A stretch of DNA of 11,430 bases from Gemmatimonadota bacterium (lineage in GTDB: Bacteria; Gemmatimonadota; Gemmatimonadetes; Longimicrobiales; Gaopeijiaceae), in the NCBI GenBank assembly GCA_039589315.1, contig JBDHHQ010000124.1, positions 1 through 11,430 of the forward strand, read 5' to 3'. Positions 7,536 to 11,430 of this stretch are shown piece by piece (the first letter of the stretch is position 1; each line of letters starts with the position of its first letter). The notes beneath the pieces were generated by a model that made no database searches, was not told the origin of the DNA, and saw nothing but the letters and a program-made list of their open reading frames with translations. The position numbers and the translations under genes were made by a program.

Positions 7536-9329
7536 ATGAGGTTCTTGGTTCGACACACGAGATTCCTATTTCGACGCCGGCTGTGGAGCGTCGCCCTGGT
7601 CGCCACGCTGGCGGCATGCGGAGACGACGAGCCCACCGGACCGGTAGGCCCACTGCCGCTGGATCCAACTACCGCGCCCCGTGCGACCATCGACCGCTTC
7701 AGCGACGCGGCGGGCAACCTGTTCGCGCGGAGCGCCAACCCCGGCCTTCCCGCCGCCGGGGCGGCCATCGATTTCGACCAGGCCCCCTTCATCACACAGG
7801 GCCTTGGCCCAGCCGGCCAGGTCGTCCGCTACTACAACTTCGACGTCCAGCCCACGGCGCCGGCGCCCATCTGGGTCTTCTTCCGTGAGGGGAGCAGCAC
7901 GCCCCTGCCGGGCCAGCTCAACGTCATCGACGTGATCCCCGGAGACCCGGGCTACAACGACTTCTGGCAGGTGGTCAGGGTCACTGTGCCGGCGGATTAC
8001 GTGGCCAACACGGTGACCAGCCTCCTGGGCATCCTCGACGCCGGGTTCACCACGGAGACCACGAACACCGTGGTGAACTGCCCGGTCGTACCGGAGGGCT
8101 CCGTGGCCCGCGAGGGGCCCGGCGCCAGCGGGCTGACCCAGGGGTGGTACAAGGACCAGCTCGTCTTCTACTTCGACTTCAACGAGGCCCCGCTGACCAC
8201 GGTGGCGGGCGGCGCCGTGCCGACCTCCCCCATCTTCGTGAGCTTCAACGTCGATCCGGACCAGGCGGGCGGTGGTCCCGCCTCGGGCTTCATGGCGCAG
8301 GGAAGCTCCGCCCAGACCCACAACGTGGTGGCCACCATCCCCGGCGACCCGGGCTACTCGCCGCTCTGGGGCGTCCACCCCTACAGCAACCAATACTTCG
8401 ACCAGGTCTTTGACCTGACGTCGGCTCAGGCCATCGACAACTTCGGCCACGTGGCCAACGTGAACTGTCCGGTCGTGTTCGTGGGCGATGCGCCGGGGAA
8501 CCCCGCGACGGCCACGAAGACGGTCATCGACCGATTCAGCGATGCCGCCGGCAACCTCTTCGTGCGCAACGGCAACCCGGACCTCCCGCTGCCTGGCGAG
8601 GCCATCGACTTCGACACCGGCCCGTTCATCACCCAGGGCTTCGGCCCCGGTGGGCAGGTGGTGCGGTACTACAACTTCGACGTCATGCCCACGGCGGCCG
8701 CGCCCATCTTCGTCTTCTTCTACGAGAGCGGAGACCCGGTCCCGAATCAGCTGAACATCGTGGACGTGGTGCCGGGGGACGAGGGCTACAACGACTTCTG
8801 GCAGGTCGTGAAGGTCACGGTGCCGGACGACTTCGTGGCCAACACCGTGACCAGCGCCGCGGAGTTGGTGGCGGCGGGATACGCCACCGAGTTCACGGAC
8901 ATGGTGGTTAACTGCCCCATCGTGCCCGAGGGCTCCACGGCGACGCTCCGGCTGGCCGGGGGCGATTCCGGTATGACGCGCGGGTGGTACAAGGGCGAGC
9001 TGGTCTTCTACTTCAACTTCACGGAGGCTCCGCTCACCCTCACTGGTGCCGGTACCGTGGAGACGTCGCCCATCTTCGTGACGTTCAACGTCAACCCGGA
9101 CCAACCCGGGGGCGGGCCGCCTTCCGGATTCATGACCGAGCCCGGGACCGACCAGACGCACAACGTCCTGGCCACCATCCCCGGTGACGCCGGCTATTCG
9201 CCCCTGTGGGGCGTCCACCCCTACGACAACCAGTTCTTCGGTCAGGTCGTGGACCTGCAGTCCGCCACGGCCATCGAGAACTTCGGCCACGCGGCCAACG
9301 TGAACTGTCCGGTGGTGTTCATCCAGTAG
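7536..9329 (+). CDS. Lipoprotein with tandemly duplicated domain of unknown function (four NCP-ending sub-repeats; possibly DUF7482-like), 597 aa
   Basis: AGGAGAGG (7523-7530) precedes ATG 7536. Basic N-region, hydrophobic stretch and lipobox LAAC. Two ~279-aa copies, each with PGD.GYNDFW...VVNCP and PGD.GYSPLW...NVNCP units. Third codon positions are strongly G/C. The DUF name is from memory and unverified. Confidence 0.88.
   Translation: MRFLVRHTRFLFRRRLWSVALVATLAACGDDEPTGPVGPLPLDPTTAPRATIDRFSDAAGNLFARSANPGLPAAGAAIDFDQAPFITQGLGPAGQVVRYYNFDVQPTAPAPIWVFFREGSSTPLPGQLNVIDVIPGDPGYNDFWQVVRVTVPADYVANTVTSLLGILDAGFTTETTNTVVNCPVVPEGSVAREGPGASGLTQGWYKDQLVFYFDFNEAPLTTVAGGAVPTSPIFVSFNVDPDQAGGGPASGFMAQGSSAQTHNVVATIPGDPGYSPLWGVHPYSNQYFDQVFDLTSAQAIDNFGHVANVNCPVVFVGDAPGNPATATKTVIDRFSDAAGNLFVRNGNPDLPLPGEAIDFDTGPFITQGFGPGGQVVRYYNFDVMPTAAAPIFVFFYESGDPVPNQLNIVDVVPGDEGYNDFWQVVKVTVPDDFVANTVTSAAELVAAGYATEFTDMVVNCPIVPEGSTATLRLAGGDSGMTRGWYKGELVFYFNFTEAPLTLTGAGTVETSPIFVTFNVNPDQPGGGPPSGFMTEPGTDQTHNVLATIPGDAGYSPLWGVHPYDNQFFGQVVDLQSATAIENFGHAANVNCPVVFIQ
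7689..9320 (+). repeat. Intragenic tandem duplication, period about 837-840 nt
   Basis: IDRFSDAAGNLF starts at 7689 and 8526; NCPVVF starts at 8463 and 9303. Long near-identical nucleotide stretches, e.g. TACAACGACTTCTGGCAGGT in both copies. Confidence 0.95.
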
Positions 9330-9356
9330 GCCGAGCGCGACAACGCAACGACAGCG

Positions 9357-9388
9357 GGTGGGCCGGGGGGGACTCCCCCCGGCCCGCC
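9357..9388 (+). other. Strong intergenic stem-loop without U-tract
   Basis: GGTGGGCCGGGGGG-GACT-CCCCCCGGCCCGCC: 14-bp stem with one G-U pair and a 4-nt loop, between stop 9329 and ATG 9403. Confidence 0.75.
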
Positions 9389-9402
9389 GGAAGCGATGGA
9401 TC

Positions 9403-10491
9403 ATGACGAAGAAGACCATTCTCGGCGCCGTGGCCGCGCTGGCGGTGGCGCTCTCCCCAGGCCCGGGCGGCGCGCAATCCGTGGCCACGCGGACCCCCAA
9501 CCTCACGGGCGGCTGGACCGCCCCTCCCGGGGTCATTCAGTTCAACTTCCTGCACCGCTTTTCCATGAGCGACCCTCCGCTTCGCAAGGTCACCAACACC
9601 CCCACCTTCATGGTGGGCACCGGGATCACCGAGGGGCTGATGGTGGGCTTCACCTACGGGTCCAACTCCGCCCTCGTGCCCGCATTCCCCAACGAATGGG
9701 AGCTGTACGCCCGGGCGATGCTGCTCTCGGAGGCCCGGGGGCGCCCCTTGGACGTCTCCGCCCAGGCGGGATACAACGTGGCCTCCGAGAGCGTGGACGG
9801 AGAGCTCCTGGTGGCCCGCGGATTCGGTCCCTTGAAGCTCCTGGCCGCCGGCCGCGCCTTCTCCGACGCGTACGACGGCTCGGAGGTCCGGTACGCCGTT
9901 ACCGGAGGCGCCGCCCTTCGGCTGACGCCCTCGGTGTCGCTGGCCGCCGACTACGGCGTGCTCCTGGACCGTGCCGACGACGAGCGGGCCGCGTGGGGGG
10001 TGGGTCTGCAGCTGGGCGTGCCCTTCACGCCGCACAGCTTCTCCATCCACGCCACCAACGTGGGAACGGCTTCGCTGGAGGGGGTGTCCCGGGGGACGCG
10101 CACTCGGTGGGGCTTCGAATACACGGTACCCATCACCCTGGAGCGTTTTCTGCCCCGTGGCGGGAGAGACGACGATGGGGAGGCAGACGAGATGCCCGGG
10201 GCTGACATGATGGCCACGGGCGACACTGTCGTCATCGACATCCAGGGCATCCAATACACGAGCGAGGCGGTCACGGTGGATCCCGGGACCACGGTCATCT
10301 GGGTGAACCGCGACCCGATCCAGCACTCGGTGACCGCCAACGATGAGAGCTTCGATTCCGGGCTCATCGATCCGGAGCAGTCCTTTGCCATGACCTTCGA
10401 CACTCCTGGCACCTACGCCTACCACTGCACCCCCCACCCCTTCATGGAGGCCCGTGTCGTGGTGCGTGACATGATGGAGGGAATGCCGTGA
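9403..10491 (+). CDS. Secreted protein: putative outer-membrane beta-barrel (DUF5777-like) fused to a C-terminal amicyanin-type cupredoxin (362 aa)
   Basis: Signal peptide MTKKTILGAVAALAVALSPGPGGA. Alternating beta-strand segments (IQFNFLHRF, LMVGFTYG, LDVSAQAGYN, VSLAADYG, WGVGLQLG, HSFSIHATN, RWGFEYTVP). Type-1 Cu site HSVT...YHCTPHPFM. The cupredoxin call is firm; the barrel family is tentative. Confidence 0.85.
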   Translation: MTKKTILGAVAALAVALSPGPGGAQSVATRTPNLTGGWTAPPGVIQFNFLHRFSMSDPPLRKVTNTPTFMVGTGITEGLMVGFTYGSNSALVPAFPNEWELYARAMLLSEARGRPLDVSAQAGYNVASESVDGELLVARGFGPLKLLAAGRAFSDAYDGSEVRYAVTGGAALRLTPSVSLAADYGVLLDRADDERAAWGVGLQLGVPFTPHSFSIHATNVGTASLEGVSRGTRTRWGFEYTVPITLERFLPRGGRDDDGEADEMPGADMMATGDTVVIDIQGIQYTSEAVTVDPGTTVIWVNRDPIQHSVTANDESFDSGLIDPEQSFAMTFDTPGTYAYHCTPHPFMEARVVVRDMMEGMP

Positions 10492-10877
10492 AGCACAGAT
10501 TCCTCAGCACACGCAGCGTTCTGGGGCCGCTATTCCTGGGGGCGATCGTGGCCGTCTTTGCGGGGGCGTGCAGCGAGCACCAGGATCCCACCGGGCCGCC
10601 AGATCCGGCGCCCGGCCAGGTCGTGGAGATCGAGCTCCGCAACTTCGAGTTCTCCCAACGCGAACTCCGGATCGCGCCGGGGACCACGGTCCGGTGGCGG
10701 AACAGCACCAGCACCTTCCACACCGTGACCCCGGACGGTCATGCACAGTGGAGCGAGTGGCAGACGGCAGGAGTGGGCGAAACGTTCGAGGTCCGGTTCG
10801 ACCAGGTGGGCACGTTCTCCTACTACTGTCTACCTCACCGCGCCCTGGGCATGACCGGGACGGTCATCGTGGAGTAG
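10488..10877 (+). CDS. Blue copper (plastocyanin/halocyanin-like cupredoxin) lipoprotein, 129 aa
   Basis: GTG overlaps the upstream TGA (GTGA), with GGAGGGA just upstream. Signal peptide ends FAGAC, followed by a Pro-rich tether. Cu ligands HTVT...YYCLPHRALGM. Confidence 0.92.
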   Translation: MKHRFLSTRSVLGPLFLGAIVAVFAGACSEHQDPTGPPDPAPGQVVEIELRNFEFSQRELRIAPGTTVRWRNSTSTFHTVTPDGHAQWSEWQTAGVGETFEVRFDQVGTFSYYCLPHRALGMTGTVIVE

Positions 10878-10928
10878 CAGAGACACTCCCATCCGCCGGA
10901 GCGTCTCGGCGGACGGTGGCATGTCTAA

Positions 10929-11054
10929 GTGAGGCAGCTACCCCTCGGACTCTGGCGAGAGGATCCAGCCCTTCTGGCCGCAGCCGACGAACTTGCCCTG
11001 AGCGACGAACAGGTTAGGCGTCTCGAATCCCTCGGGGATCGCTTCTCTGTAGAG
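10929..11054 (+). pseudogene. Possible Spy/CpxP (LTxxQ-type) periplasmic protein remnant cut by IS256
   Basis: Translates ...ALLAAADELALSDEQVRRLESLGDRF, resembling the L-x-L-[TS]-x-E-Q helical motif. No signal peptide, an in-frame TAA immediately upstream, and the frame runs into the IS256 inverted repeat. Confidence 0.4.
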
Positions 11055-11430
11055 GGTCAAGTCCCGATCTGTGTGTAAAGAGGTTCAGAGCAAGCTCCCC
11101 GTTCATCGAGGATCAGGCGGCTTTGGTGATCTCCTCTGGGTTCAGGAGTGAGAGGTCCAGGTAGCGACGGCTGCCCCAGGCCTCGGCGGTCCTGAGGGCG
11201 ACGGCGGTGATGAGGCGGAGGGCGCTGGCCCGGTCGGGGAAAGCGCCCACGGCCCGGATGCGGCGCTTGATCTCTGCGTGCAGGCGTTCGAGTCCGTTGG
11301 TGGTCCTGAGACGCGTCCAGTGGGCCGCGGGGAACGCGTAGAACCGGGTCGCGGCGGGGAAGCCTCTCTCGAGCACCTGCATCGCCTCGGGGAGCTCCTT
11401 CACCCAGCGCGTCGTGAGCTCCGCCAGTCG
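11055..11430 (-). mobile_element. IS256-family insertion sequence, 3' end (continues beyond the window)
   Basis: Terminal IR GGTCAAGTCCCGATCTGTGTGTAAA (11055-11079) resembles the IS256 IR as recalled (GATAAAGTCCGTATAATTGTGTAAA) and lies just past the transposase stop. Confidence 0.85.
11113..11430 (-). CDS. IS256-family (Mutator-like) transposase, 5'-partial
   Basis: Open from the window edge; FPAAHWTRLRTTNGLERLHAEIKRRIRAVGAFPDRASALRLI is the characteristic IS256 C-terminal signature. Confidence 0.93.
   Translation of the reverse strand, partial: RLAELTTRWVKELPEAMQVLERGFPAATRFYAFPAAHWTRLRTTNGLERLHAEIKRRIRAVGAFPDRASALRLITAVALRTAEAWGSRRYLDLSLLNPEEITKAA

Noticed and set aside
7566..9536. 656-aa minus-strand ORF
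   Set aside because: Antisense shadow of the high-GC3 lipoprotein gene; it mirrors that gene's repeat and has no recognisable motif.
10200..10491. Calling the cupredoxin domain amicyanin (mauC)
   Set aside because: It is a fused domain and no methylamine dehydrogenase genes are in the window; the shared loop motif does not establish orthology.
1..11430. CRISPR array, tRNA, rRNA or integron attC array
   Set aside because: No regularly spaced short repeats or recognisable RNA gene signatures were seen by eye.

Overview
High-GC bacterial DNA; the gene families suggest Gemmatimonadota/Acidobacteriota (inference). The window has three blocks. (1) A signalling cluster: the C-terminal TolB/PD40 beta-propeller of a probable Ser/Thr kinase, a membrane-anchored TolB_N-like/TPR protein, and a class III nucleotide cyclase between a ferredoxin-type [2Fe-2S] domain and a Rieske domain. 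(2) A convergent zinc anti-sigma gene whose ECF sigma partner is 5'-truncated at a mosaic junction; a short thiC-like fragment and a decayed IS91/ISCR-like element with a recognisable oriIS follow. (3) A probable three-gene envelope operon: a lipoprotein with four NCP-ending repeats, a beta-barrel-like protein fused to an amicyanin-type cupredoxin, and a cupredoxin lipoprotein. A Spy/CpxP-like remnant and the end of an IS256-family element close the window. The best candidates for undescribed biology are the barrel-cupredoxin operon and the two-cluster Fe-S cyclase. All family assignments come from motif recognition by eye; no searches were run.
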